Shown: positions 18,513-28,258, counted from the stretch's first letter. The stretch: 64,000 nt of DNA from Desulfurococcales archaeon (GCA_015521325.1 WAOK01000001.1:144412-208411); one strand, 5' to 3'. Numbers and translations: made by a program. Notes: generated from the sequence alone by a model not told the origin.

Positions 18513-19496
18513 TTCGGACTCCCTTAGTTCATAAGGTTCCTTAATGAATGACTCAGTCAGTGTCAAGCCGTACTCCTCCAGCAGTATTAGGATTGCCGCC
18601 TGTGGTGGGATCACACCCTTCTCTGTTATTATTGCGTCTATGTACTCTGGCGGCGTGACGTCGAACACTGGGTTATATACCTTAACTTCCGGATTCCTAT
18701 TAAGCCACTCCTCCGTCACTATCTCAAGTGGTGACCTGACCTCTATCGGTACCAGTTCCCCTATCACTGTCTGAGGGCTGAACTTATAGGTCTCACTGGC
18801 GACATACATGCGTACCCTAGCCTCCTTAGCAGCTAGGGCCACCAACGATGTACCGATCTTGTTGATAACTGCGCCATTAGCTGCTATGGTGTCGGCGCCG
18901 ACGACTACCTTATTCACTTTCTTCATGAAGTATCTCACCGAGGAATCCGGTATGAGGATGACGTCAAGGCCTGCATCAGCTAAGGCCCTAGCCGTTATTA
19001 GGCCCTGCATCTTAGGCCTCGTCTCCTTAACGTACACCTTGTGAACCTTGCCCTGGTTATGGGCCGTCGCAATGACTGACACAGCGGCGGTGCTGTGGCA
19101 GTGTGTCATCACTACATCGCCGTTTTCTAATCTCTTGGCGCCGAGTTCCCCAATGATTTTCACAGCGTTAAGTGAGTACTCGATGAACTCCTCAGCAGCG
19201 TTAACGACTGCTCGGACAGCCTCTTCGAGGGATGCCGCTCGGGATCTCTTCAGTCTGTTCATTATGTAGGCGACGGCGTTGGGCAGTGAGACAGCTGTTG
19301 GTCTGGCCGATCTCACAAACTCAGCTATTCTTTCCATGTACGTCATGAAGTCCTCCAAGTCCTTCCCTTTGAACTCCTCAGCAGCTATGGCCAGCGCCCT
19401 TGCCCCTGCCCTAGCTATCCTTCCAGCACCCCTGATTCTCATCTCCTTTATGTCGAGCCAGATCTTCCTTACATCCTCGGGTACGTACTCGCTCAT
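18501..19496 (-). CDS. eIF-2B alpha/beta/delta family protein (ribose-1,5-bisphosphate isomerase-like), paralog A
   Basis: IRGAGRIARAG, THCHS, GADTIAANGAVINKIGT, PVFDVTPPEYIDAIITEKG. Confidence 0.8.
   Translation of the reverse strand: MSEYVPEDVRKIWLDIKEMRIRGAGRIARAGARALAIAAEEFKGKDLEDFMTYMERIAEFVRSARPTAVSLPNAVAYIMNRLKRSRAASLEEAVRAVVNAAEEFIEYSLNAVKIIGELGAKRLENGDVVMTHCHSTAAVSVIATAHNQGKVHKVYVKETRPKMQGLITARALADAGLDVILIPDSSVRYFMKKVNKVVVGADTIAANGAVINKIGTSLVALAAKEARVRMYVASETYKFSPQTVIGELVPIEVRSPLEIVTEEWLNRNPEVKVYNPVFDVTPPEYIDAIITEKGVIPPQAAILILLEEYGLTLTESFIKEPYELRESELGE
18621..18671. repeat. 51-nt perfect direct repeat, copy 1 (inside e2b2 paralog A)
   Basis: ctctgttattattgcgtctatgtactctggcggcgtgacgtcgaacactgg is identical to 19604-19654. 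Confidence 0.9.
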
Positions 19497-20488
19497 AGGG
19501 ACCTCACCTCCCGGAGGAGTTCCTTAATGCTCTTCACTTTCGGGGGGAGTCCATATTTCTCTTTAATGAGTATAGGTACGGCCTGCGGGGCAATGAGCCC
19601 GTGCTCTGTTATTATTGCGTCTATGTACTCTGGCGGCGTGACGTCGAACACTGGTTCCCTAACTATTACCTTACCCGTTAGCTCACCCATCCTATCCGGG
19701 GGGATTATGAGCTCAGGATCATTCAGGACGATGCCTTCAATCAGTTCTCCGAAGACTGTCTCTATACCGAACTTGTAGGTGCCAGCAGCTACTAACACTC
19801 TGGTTCTTGCCTCTTTCGCTGCCAGAGCTATTGCTGATGTGCCTGCCTTATTGACTATTGCGCCGTTAGCTGCCACCGCATCAGCGCCGACTATTACTTT
19901 GTTTATCTTTTTCATCACGAACCGCACAGCAGAGTCAACGATGAGTGTTGTGTCGACCCCCATCTTGGCTATTTTTTCCGCGGCAATCAAGCCTTCTCCC
20001 AAGGGTCTTGACTCAGTGACGTATACACTGAAGTTCTTGCCTTCTCTCAGTGCTTCCTCGAATATTCTTATGACTGAGGTGCTGTAGGAGTGTGTGAGGA
20101 TGACGTCTCCATTAACTATTCTTTTTGCACCGACCCTCGCCACTATTTTCTTCGTGTGCTCTATCTCCTCATATATTCTATCTATTATTGCAGGGGCTTT
20201 CTCAATGGCTGTCTCAACACCACTTTTCTTGACCTCATCAACGAACCCAATTAAGAATTCCCTGATAAGGTTTGACATAACCATAGATGTGGGCCTAGCA
20301 CCTATTATTGTCTCTATCCAGCTAGGGAGGTGCTTTACGAAGTCCTGCCTACATATCTTGACAGCGTCTGAGAGGAATGAGAGGGCGGCGTAAGCTGCCT
20401 CCGTGGATCCGAGTATTCTGCCGTGCCTGAGGTCGGAGGCTAAGGCACCAACTCTAGCAGTCATTTCTTTACACTGCTGTTTCATCAA
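19493..20488 (-). CDS. eIF-2B alpha/beta/delta family protein, paralog B
   Basis: THSYS, GADAVAANGAIVNKAGT, PVFDVTPPEYIDAIITEHG. Overlaps paralog A by 4 nt. Confidence 0.8.
   Translation of the reverse strand: MMKQQCKEMTARVGALASDLRHGRILGSTEAAYAALSFLSDAVKICRQDFVKHLPSWIETIIGARPTSMVMSNLIREFLIGFVDEVKKSGVETAIEKAPAIIDRIYEEIEHTKKIVARVGAKRIVNGDVILTHSYSTSVIRIFEEALREGKNFSVYVTESRPLGEGLIAAEKIAKMGVDTTLIVDSAVRFVMKKINKVIVGADAVAANGAIVNKAGTSAIALAAKEARTRVLVAAGTYKFGIETVFGELIEGIVLNDPELIIPPDRMGELTGKVIVREPVFDVTPPEYIDAIITEHGLIAPQAVPILIKEKYGLPPKVKSIKELLREVRSL
19604..19654. repeat. 51-nt perfect direct repeat, copy 2 (inside e2b2 paralog B)
   Basis: Identical to 18621-18671. The flanking sequence has diverged. Confidence 0.9.
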
Positions 20489-20564
20489 CTATCACATGTT
20501 ACTCTTCTTATCAGCCCCAGAAAATCCTAACCACGAAGTGATCGGTGGCTACGAACATCTAACC

Positions 20565-21536
20565 CTAGGTCACTGCGGGTTCGGCGAACTTTCTGCATAT
20601 AGTCACGTACTTCATGAGTTCGACGTATGTTGGCGAACCCCTCGGTTCCTCTTTTGATGCATTAATTGTGGCAGCGCATGTTGCCAGAACCATGGCGTCG
20701 ATGAAGTCATAGCCCACGGATATCGCCGCTGTGAACACGCCAACGTATGCGTCCCCACAACCACTTGTCGACCTAGTCCTCAGTCCGAGTCTCTCTGTGG
20801 GTATACCACGCACTACAAGCACGCGATCCTTCATGAATAGTCTTGAACCCTTGATTCCCTCTTTGCTGAGCACGAACAACTCCGGATTCACCTTTCTCAG
20901 TATCATCACCCCTTCCTCAACACTAGTTGCCTGTGTCATGGATAGGAGCTCGTCCTTATTCGGCGCTATTATATCGACTCGGTGGATGATGCCCCTCAGT
21001 TTATCTATTCCTTCGTGTGAGAGTGAGCCTGGATCCCATACCACCATAGCGCTTTGATCCCTAGCCCAACCAGCAATGGCTTCGGCAACCTCTATGGGCG
21101 GGTTCATTATTAATACGGCAGTTGGTTTAATTCCGGAATTAATGAGCGGCTGCATGTCTGCGTTACTTAGTGCCTCATTTGCTCCGTAGTAGCTGTAGAT
21201 AGCGGTTTCTCCTGACGGATTTACAGCGACGAATGCTTGTCCGGATTCGACACCTTCCTTGATGACGATGAATGACGTATCTACTCCTTCATTTCTCAGT
21301 GCACTGAGGTGCTTCCTACCTATATCATCATTACCTACTGCACCAAACATGATCACTGTCCCGCGCGTCCCCAGGAATCGCGCAGCAGCCGTGGCGGCAT
21401 TACCGCCTGACCCTCCCAGGTACCTCGCCAGCGCCTTAACCCTAACCTTGGGTGGGGCGAACCTATCGACAAAAAGCATGATGTCATAGTTCAGTGAGCC
21501 AGCCACTACGACCTTAATCTTTTTATTCCTATCCAT
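20565..21536 (-). CDS. PfkB-family sugar/nucleoside kinase (ribokinase-like)
   Basis: N-terminal VVVAGSLNYD, GGSGGNAA, C-terminal GCGDAYVG anion-hole motif. Confidence 0.8.
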   Translation of the reverse strand: MDRNKKIKVVVAGSLNYDIMLFVDRFAPPKVRVKALARYLGGSGGNAATAAARFLGTRGTVIMFGAVGNDDIGRKHLSALRNEGVDTSFIVIKEGVESGQAFVAVNPSGETAIYSYYGANEALSNADMQPLINSGIKPTAVLIMNPPIEVAEAIAGWARDQSAMVVWDPGSLSHEGIDKLRGIIHRVDIIAPNKDELLSMTQATSVEEGVMILRKVNPELFVLSKEGIKGSRLFMKDRVLVVRGIPTERLGLRTRSTSGCGDAYVGVFTAAISVGYDFIDAMVLATCAATINASKEEPRGSPTYVELMKYVTICRKFAEPAVT

Positions 21537-24508
21537 ACCTTTCTCCCCTCAACGACCCACTCCTTTGCTAGGTCAGCCTCGCCTTCCCCGAGCACGACGT
21601 TCCTTGCCCTAACCTCTGAAGCGACGTATTCTCTGTGCTCATTAAGAGCCTCAGATATCTCGCTGTCCTCTGTCCTAACATACACATCGATAAGTTCGTC
21701 GACCTTAAGATTGAGTGAGTTCCTCATGGTCTGTATCCTCCTGATGATCTCTCTGGCGAGCGCCTCCTTTCTAAGCTCTGAGGTTAACTTTCTGTTTATA
21801 CAAGTCTTTAATGGGACATTATCAACCTTTGTCTCCTCGCTTATCTCGTCCTCTCCGCATTCGAGCTCACCGTAACTCACTATGATAACGTCCTTGCTGT
21901 TAGCTAGCAATCTGATGATGTGCTTGAGTTCCTTCAGTCCCTCAACATAGTCCTTAGGTAGACCAACCTTCACGTACTGTATCGGCCATCTTAACTTGAT
22001 CTTTACCTCGTTCCTTAACGATGCTGCTGAAGAGATCACCCCCAGCGCCACCTTCATCAGCATCTCTATATCCTCGTCAGTCAACTCGTCGGAGGGCTCT
22101 GATAGCCTGCTGAGGTGCACGCTCTCGGCTTCGCCCGGCTCATACTTCTTTATGAATTCCTGCCATAGCTTCTCGGCCATATGTGGCGCTATCGTCGAGA
22201 GGAGCTGTAGCCCAGTCTTGAGTGCGTAGTATAGGGCGGTGTAGGCGTGGAACCTGTCAAGCGACTCCTCCGACCAGACCCTGGGCCTTATCATCCTTAG
22301 GTATCCGTGACTGAGTGTCTCGACGAAGAAGTCCAGCACTGCCTTCGTTGCCTCATGCAGTCTGTACTCCCTCATGAGTTCGTCGAATCTTCTTAGGAGT
22401 GTGTTAGTCTCGCTTATTACCCACCTATCCTCAGGCGCTCCCTCGTTGAAAGTGGCTAGTACATCGTGCTTGCTCGGGTCGTATTTATCTATGCTCATGT
22501 ACGTGTCAGCAAACTTGAAGACATTCCATATTATGTTGAGGTTCCTCACAATGTCACGGATCTCCTTCAGGTTAAAGATGAAGGACTCGGCTGGCGGGTA
22601 GCGCACCAGGATGTATGCCCTAGTCGCGTCGACGCTGTACTTGGTGAGGAGGTCCTTTGCCCAGATGACGTTGCCTAAGTGCTTCGACATCTTTCTTCCT
22701 TGAGCGTCGAGGACGAGTCCCTGCATCAGTATAGACCTGTATGGTGCCTTCCCTTCGAGGAGGACTGAGGTTACGAGGAGGGAGTAGAACCACCCCCTTG
22801 TTTGGTCGACTCCTTCGGTTATGAAGTGATAGGGGTAAAGCATTGAGAACAGCTTCTTATTCCTTAGACCGTCGACTGACGCCATCCATGCCATACCTGA
22901 GTCCATCCAGACATCCACCACGAAGGGAACCCTAACCCATTCCCTGCAGTCCTCAGTTGGCCTCAGCTTCACCCTATCTATCCACGGCCTATGCACTAGC
23001 CTGAAGTCGTCCACATCGGGAACATACTCTGCCTCTTTCTTGAGCTCCTCTATGCTGCCTATGACCTTGACCTTCTTCGGATTATCCTTGCAGACCCAGA
23101 CAGGTAATGGGGTACCCCAGATCCTTGACCTCGAGATAGTCCAGTCCTTTAGGTTCTCGAGCCAGTTCTCGAACCTGGCCCTGAGCTTCTTCGGATAAAT
23201 CGCTACGTCAGCGAGAGCCCTCAATAACTCGCTTCTGAGGGGCGATACTCTTATGAACCACTGTTTATCTGCCCTGTAGATCAGGGGTGTGCCGCACCTC
23301 CAGCAGTGAGGGTACTTATGAACGATCGTTCCTTCATAAACGAGCAGGCCTTTCTCCCTAAGCACTTCAGTAACCTTCTTGCTGGCCTCGTTCACGTCCA
23401 GCCCTTTGAAGATACCGCCGTCGCTGTTGAACACACCATTTATCTCCACAGCACTGCTTATAGGAAGCCCGTACTGTGTACCGACTTCGTAGTCCTCGGG
23501 TCCGTGCCCCGGTGCAATGTGGACGAGCCCGGTACCCTCCCCGAGGCTAACGAAGTCGGCTGTTATTACGTAGTGCGCGTTCTCATGCTTAATGTGTATG
23601 GGGACCTCTTCAAGGAGTGGGTGCACATATCTCAGCCCCTCTAGTTCAGACCCCTTTACCTTCTCTACACACTTCCAGGACTCCGCACCAGCGTTTCTCA
23701 TCACCTCCTCAAGCCTCGACTCTGCGACGAACCAGTACTCGTTACCTACCCTTGTCCTGCAGTATACGCCGTCCGGGTTGACAGCCACTGCCTCATTATC
23801 AATGAGTGTCCATGGCGTGGTCGTCCATATAACTAAGTACTCGTTATCTCTATTCTCTAGCTTGAACTTAACATATATGGAGGGGGATACCTTATCCTCG
23901 TACCCCTGCGACACCTCCGCGTCGCTGAGCGCTGTCTCACAGCGCGGGCAGAACGGCAGAACCCTCTTTCCTTCGTAGAGCAGGCCCTTCTCATGCATCC
24001 TCTTTATGAAGTACCAGACATGCTCAATGTACTCGGGCTTCCTCGTCTCATAAGCGTTCTCGAGGTCTAGCCAAAGGGCGATCCTCTCCGTGGCATAGTC
24101 CTGCCAGTACTTAAGGTAGTAATCAACTAGCTTGTTGCATTCCTCAACGAACCTTTCGGCGCCCACGACCTGAAATATGTCCTTCTTTTTCTTTATACCG
24201 AGCTTCTTCTCAGCCTCGACCTCAACGGGCAGGCCCTGCTCGTCCCACCCTGCCTGAGCCCATACGTTGTAGCCCTTAAGCCTCATGTACTTCAGCACGA
24301 AGTCCTTGAATACCCTGCCTCTGATGTGCCCAACATGTGGGTACCCGTTCGCTGTCGGGGGCCCCTCAAGGAATGCAAATATAGGTCTTCCCTCCTCCCA
24401 TGAACGCCACTTTCTCGGGATCTCCCGCGTTTTCCAGAATCTCCGCGCCTCCTCTTCTATGGCAAAGGGGTCAAATCTCCCTAACCCGATGGTTCCGCAC
24501 CTAATCAA
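21506..24508 (-). CDS. ileS: Isoleucyl-tRNA synthetase
   Basis: Class Ia: HIGH variant PHVGH, KMSKHLGN, GWDEQGLPVE, TISRSRIWGTPLPVW. 1000 aa. TTG start in the track. Confidence 0.85.
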   Translation of the reverse strand: MIRCGTIGLGRFDPFAIEEEARRFWKTREIPRKWRSWEEGRPIFAFLEGPPTANGYPHVGHIRGRVFKDFVLKYMRLKGYNVWAQAGWDEQGLPVEVEAEKKLGIKKKKDIFQVVGAERFVEECNKLVDYYLKYWQDYATERIALWLDLENAYETRKPEYIEHVWYFIKRMHEKGLLYEGKRVLPFCPRCETALSDAEVSQGYEDKVSPSIYVKFKLENRDNEYLVIWTTTPWTLIDNEAVAVNPDGVYCRTRVGNEYWFVAESRLEEVMRNAGAESWKCVEKVKGSELEGLRYVHPLLEEVPIHIKHENAHYVITADFVSLGEGTGLVHIAPGHGPEDYEVGTQYGLPISSAVEINGVFNSDGGIFKGLDVNEASKKVTEVLREKGLLVYEGTIVHKYPHCWRCGTPLIYRADKQWFIRVSPLRSELLRALADVAIYPKKLRARFENWLENLKDWTISRSRIWGTPLPVWVCKDNPKKVKVIGSIEELKKEAEYVPDVDDFRLVHRPWIDRVKLRPTEDCREWVRVPFVVDVWMDSGMAWMASVDGLRNKKLFSMLYPYHFITEGVDQTRGWFYSLLVTSVLLEGKAPYRSILMQGLVLDAQGRKMSKHLGNVIWAKDLLTKYSVDATRAYILVRYPPAESFIFNLKEIRDIVRNLNIIWNVFKFADTYMSIDKYDPSKHDVLATFNEGAPEDRWVISETNTLLRRFDELMREYRLHEATKAVLDFFVETLSHGYLRMIRPRVWSEESLDRFHAYTALYYALKTGLQLLSTIAPHMAEKLWQEFIKKYEPGEAESVHLSRLSEPSDELTDEDIEMLMKVALGVISSAASLRNEVKIKLRWPIQYVKVGLPKDYVEGLKELKHIIRLLANSKDVIIVSYGELECGEDEISEETKVDNVPLKTCINRKLTSELRKEALAREIIRRIQTMRNSLNLKVDELIDVYVRTEDSEISEALNEHREYVASEVRARNVVLGEGEADLAKEWVVEGRKVWIGIKRLRS

Positions 24509-24656
24509 GCCTTAAGGAATACCTTATATAGATTAGATGTTAAGCGAAGGAAACGGCCCCGTGGGGACCCCCCACTCACCCTGAGCCATTTCGGCTCCGT
24601 CGTGGGGGTCTCTGACCCGGATACTATAGGTATTGACTCGCTAAAACGGTTTTCTC

Positions 24657-26513
24657 TCAATCCTTGAGTTCGACTAGGTTCCTCAGTCCTTTGTACGCAA
24701 AGTCGAGGCCAAGCATCTCTAGGGTGGACTTCCTCGGGATACCCCTCTCGTCCCAGCCCCTCAGCTCGTAGTACTTGCTCAGCATCCTATCGTAGCCGTC
24801 CTTATCGAGCTTCGCGCCAGCCAGTGGCCCTTTGGTTAAGGGCTCTGTGAACCACCTCTCGGGCGGGTAGTCCATGTACCTGCCCCAGCCCCTTCCCTCG
24901 GCTGTATATTCCCTAACCCAGAACGCCCTAATTAGTGTGTAGACCCTCTCTGCTAGCTTGTGGAGATCGTCCCACGTGAAGCTCACGCCGGTTGCTGCCT
25001 TCAAGAACTTTGGGTAGTAGTCGAGGTTGAGGCCCAACTCCACCCACGGCAGCCTGCACGTCACGAGGGACTCAAACACAGCTCCTCTAACGTTCTGCAT
25101 CCAGACAAGCTTCTCAACCTTCTCGTCCGTGTACTTGTCCCTGCCCATCTTTATCTCCAGCGATATGAACCATGCGTCCTTGTGGTGGGCACCTATCGAG
25201 CTCGTGCCGTAGGCTAGAGCCATGCCAGGGGCGGCGTGGCAGTCGTACGCCGAGATCTCCAAGCCCTTAACCTGCATGGCGAAGGTCATGGCACCGTTCC
25301 CGAGCTTCTCGGCAGCGGCCTTGGTTCCCTCTGCCATAAGGTTCCCAAGCTCCCCTCTCCTGTACGCTATGTCCTCAGTCAGCTGCACTGCGGCGTCGAA
25401 GTCGCCCCACTCAATCCCGTCCTTTATGAGTCCTTTCTCGGTGGCCTCCATAGCAAAAGCTATTGAGGAGCCAAGACTTATCGTGTCGAGCCCTAAGTCA
25501 TCAGCCAACTTGTTCAGGTGAGATACCTTATTGAGGTCTCCTATACCTATGTTGGAGCCGAGCATCGCGACGTTCTCATAGTCGAGCTCGGCCTTGGCCC
25601 TAGTACTGTCTACCTGGTACTCGACAATGTTGCCACAAGGCATGTTGCAGTTGGGGCACCCCTTCTGCGCGACCTTCATCTTCTCCATGGTGTAGCCGTC
25701 TATCCCGCTGGCGAAGTCGTAGACGCCCTCACGGAAGTTGTAGGTTGGTAGCACGGAGTTCTTGTTCGACCACTCAACTGTCATCATGGTGCCCTGCCTG
25801 ATCCAGAAGTCGTAGCCGTCTGCTTCCTTCACCGCCCTGTAGGCCTCGGCCCCGAGCTGTACGAGCTCGGCTTGGTCAGCGGGCTTTGGAAGTTCCTTGC
25901 ACCCCTTGATCACGATGGCTTTCAGCTTCTTGGAGCCCATCACCGCACCCATGCCCGGTCTACCGCCTGAGCGGCCGAACTCGCTTATCACAGTGGCGAA
26001 CTTGACCAAGTTCTCCCCTGCTGGGCCTATGTACAGGGCCCCGACGGTCTTTCCGTACTCGGCGTAGAGCTTCGGCTCGAGGTCATGGACACGCATACTC
26101 CATATGTCCTCCGCTGGTTCGATGGATGCCTTACCGCACTCAATCACTAGCTTTACGGGCTTGTCTGAGGAACCTGTGACCACTATTGCATCATACCCAG
26201 CTTTCCTAAGCTCCACAGCCGCTCTGGTGCCTATGTTGCCGTCGCCGTATCCGTGAGTGAGGGGTGATTTGGCGGCGATCACCATCTTGCCCGAGGAAGG
26301 CAATGGGTACCCCGTGAGCGGTCCTACAGCGAATATGAGTACGTTGTCGGGGCTCAGCGGGTCGGTCCCTGGCTTCACGAGGTCCCAGAGAAGCCTGATC
26401 GCTAGTCCCCTGCCGCCGAGGTAGTTCAGCAGTGTTTCCTTGTCAAGGCTTACCTCGGTGATCTTCTTCGTTGTTAGGTTCACTAGGAGATATTTCCCAT
26501 TCCATCCAAACAT
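24657..26513 (-). CDS. aor: Tungsten-containing aldehyde:ferredoxin oxidoreductase family protein
   Basis: N-terminus [18 protein letters not shown]...YLGGRGLA is typical of the AOR family. 618 aa. Confidence 0.9.
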   Translation of the reverse strand: MFGWNGKYLLVNLTTKKITEVSLDKETLLNYLGGRGLAIRLLWDLVKPGTDPLSPDNVLIFAVGPLTGYPLPSSGKMVIAAKSPLTHGYGDGNIGTRAAVELRKAGYDAIVVTGSSDKPVKLVIECGKASIEPAEDIWSMRVHDLEPKLYAEYGKTVGALYIGPAGENLVKFATVISEFGRSGGRPGMGAVMGSKKLKAIVIKGCKELPKPADQAELVQLGAEAYRAVKEADGYDFWIRQGTMMTVEWSNKNSVLPTYNFREGVYDFASGIDGYTMEKMKVAQKGCPNCNMPCGNIVEYQVDSTRAKAELDYENVAMLGSNIGIGDLNKVSHLNKLADDLGLDTISLGSSIAFAMEATEKGLIKDGIEWGDFDAAVQLTEDIAYRRGELGNLMAEGTKAAAEKLGNGAMTFAMQVKGLEISAYDCHAAPGMALAYGTSSIGAHHKDAWFISLEIKMGRDKYTDEKVEKLVWMQNVRGAVFESLVTCRLPWVELGLNLDYYPKFLKAATGVSFTWDDLHKLAERVYTLIRAFWVREYTAEGRGWGRYMDYPPERWFTEPLTKGPLAGAKLDKDGYDRMLSKYYELRGWDERGIPRKSTLEMLGLDFAYKGLRNLVELKD

Positions 26514-26619
26514 GGCGTATTCCCTTATTGTCTCACGGGAAACGAATTAAACATTAGTGAAGATCAGCCAACATATATTTTACCTGGATCTGCGGTAGTT
26601 AATTAATTGGGATAATGTA

Positions 26620-27294
26620 ATGCCTAAGGTCCCCACTAAGCTCGTCAGTTGGGACGATATCGTCGAGTGGTCGAGGGGTTTAGCAAAAAAGATTAAAGAA
26701 TCTGGCTACATGCCTGACGTCATTGTTGCCATAGCCAGGGGTGGCTTCGTTCCTGCCAGGCTCCTCTGTGACTTCCTCGATGTCGAGAACCTCCTCTCGA
26801 TTCAGTCACAGCACTGGACCGAGGCGGCTAAGGTAGCTGACAGGGCCATAATAAAGTTCCCTTACAAGGTAGACCTGACCGGTATGAAGGTGCTGATCGT
26901 CGATGACATAGTTGACACGGGAGAGTCGCTGATTCTGGCCAGGGACTATATTATGAAGGAGTGGAAGCCGGACGAGGTGAGAATAGCGGCGCTTCAGTGG
27001 ATATCACCTGTGGCTAAGCTGAGGCCCGACTACTACTTCATCGAGGTTAAGGAATGGATATGGTTCCAATACCCATGGACTAGGCTAGAGGACACTTACC
27101 AGTTCATAAAGAGGATGCTGTCTGAGGAGGGCAAGTATAAGAAGGAGTGGAGTTACGAAGAACTAAAAACTAAGTTCATGGAGTGGTACGACATCGACGT
27201 CGGAGATGAGTACTTCAGGGATGCTATAGAAATGCTCGTAGAGAAGGGGTTCCTGTCCAGGATCGATAAGGACAGATTTCGTGTCAAGGGGTAA
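26620..27294 (+). CDS. Purine phosphoribosyltransferase with a C-terminal extension of about 70 aa
   Basis: PRPP-binding loop VLIVDDIVDTGESL. The extra C-terminal segment ends ...VEKGFLSRIDKDRFRVKG. Confidence 0.75.
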   Translation: MPKVPTKLVSWDDIVEWSRGLAKKIKESGYMPDVIVAIARGGFVPARLLCDFLDVENLLSIQSQHWTEAAKVADRAIIKFPYKVDLTGMKVLIVDDIVDTGESLILARDYIMKEWKPDEVRIAALQWISPVAKLRPDYYFIEVKEWIWFQYPWTRLEDTYQFIKRMLSEEGKYKKEWSYEELKTKFMEWYDIDVGDEYFRDAIEMLVEKGFLSRIDKDRFRVKG

Positions 27295-27319
27295 GGCCTT
27301 CCCAAGGAAATAGAGATAT

Positions 27320-27868
27320 TTACTGCGATATCACGCCCTCTGCCTTTGCCTCAGCGGCTTTCCTAGCCATCTCTAGGATCTTCTTGGCCTCTCCGCTAGC
27401 ACTCACAAATAGTTCATCGTTGCTTAGGTACATCCCTCTCGAGGATATTTCCGCCGCGTTCTGGGCGAGGTCATCTAGCACTACTGTGAACTCGCTCAGC
27501 TCTTCAGCCCCCTCCCTCAGCTCTCTCAGCACCTCAGCAGCCAGCTTAGCAACCGGCGAAATGTAGGATAGGAGCTTCGCTGTCAGCACTGTCTCTATTC
27601 TTAGGACCAGCATCTCGACGGCTACCTCGATCTGCGTAAGCCTTATGATTAGGGACTTCAGTGAGGTTATCTCCTGCGCGTATGACGCCCTCAGGTTAGG
27701 GTTCTCCGTAATCACTAGCCTCTCCTCATAGCGCCTGACCCTCTCCTCTAGCCTCCTTCTAGATAAGCTCACCCACCGCAGAAACTGTTTAAGGTCTATG
27801 AGGAGCCTCGCTAAATTCTGCCTCAACTCTTTCGGGTCTACGCGCTTCCTCCTAGCAAATAGCACCAC
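27320..27868 (-). CDS. Alpha-helical coiled-coil protein, possibly ESCRT-III/Snf7 (CdvB paralog)-like
   Basis: 182 aa. The heptad-rich helical hairpin layout (..LVLRIETVLTAKLL.., ..VVLDDLAQNAAEIS..) resembles the ESCRT-III core. This is a by-eye judgement only. Confidence 0.4.
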   Translation of the reverse strand: MVLFARRKRVDPKELRQNLARLLIDLKQFLRWVSLSRRRLEERVRRYEERLVITENPNLRASYAQEITSLKSLIIRLTQIEVAVEMLVLRIETVLTAKLLSYISPVAKLAAEVLRELREGAEELSEFTVVLDDLAQNAAEISSRGMYLSNDELFVSASGEAKKILEMARKAAEAKAEGVISQ

Positions 27869-27992
27869 ACGCCCCTGGATAATACTCCGGTATTACCAAA
27901 GCGAAAAAGCCCCCACTGATTAATACCCCACCGTATTACGAGAAAGCACCTGCAAAACATCCTTAAATCCCCCTGAACCACACACTTATTGG

Positions 27993-28120
27993 CCGCCGGT
28001 AGCTCAGCGGCAGAGCGCCCGGCTGTAGTCAGCCCCGGAGGGTACAGGAACAACCGCCTGCGGGCGGGCCCTCCGGCAGAAACCGGGTGGTCGGGGGTTC
28101 GATTCCCCCCCGGCGGACCA
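27993..28120 (+). tRNA. tRNA-Tyr(GTA) with a canonical 37/38 intron of about 51 nt
   Basis: CCGCCGG-TA-GCTC..GAGC-G-CCCGG-CTGTAG[intron]A-CCGGG-TGGTC-GGGGG-TTCGATT-CCCCC-CCGGCGG-A-CCA. The C1-G72 pair is typical of archaeal tRNA-Tyr. Confidence 0.9.
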
Positions 28121-28258
28121 CCCTATTATCAAGTAGTAGCATAGTAACGCCCACAACTAACCCTGGATGCGAGCCGTTATTGCTCAGTCCTAACGTAACA
28201 TGTGTTTTTCATTGTTGGCTTCTCCTTAACTATGTGGTGGACTTACTTGGCAGACCTA

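Noticed and set aside
21506-21536. 31-nt overlap between the ileS 3' end and the PfkB kinase start, considered as a programmed coupling or frameshift site.
   Set aside because: The overlap is ordinary for same-strand genes. It could also shrink if the kinase uses an unrecognised downstream start, and I saw no slippery sequence.
24524-24530. TATATAA taken as the ileS promoter.
   Set aside because: It sits only 16-22 nt upstream of the only available start codon (TTG 24508). That is closer than the usual archaeal TATA-to-TSS spacing, so I do not assert it as a feature. It is mentioned under the structured-element finding.
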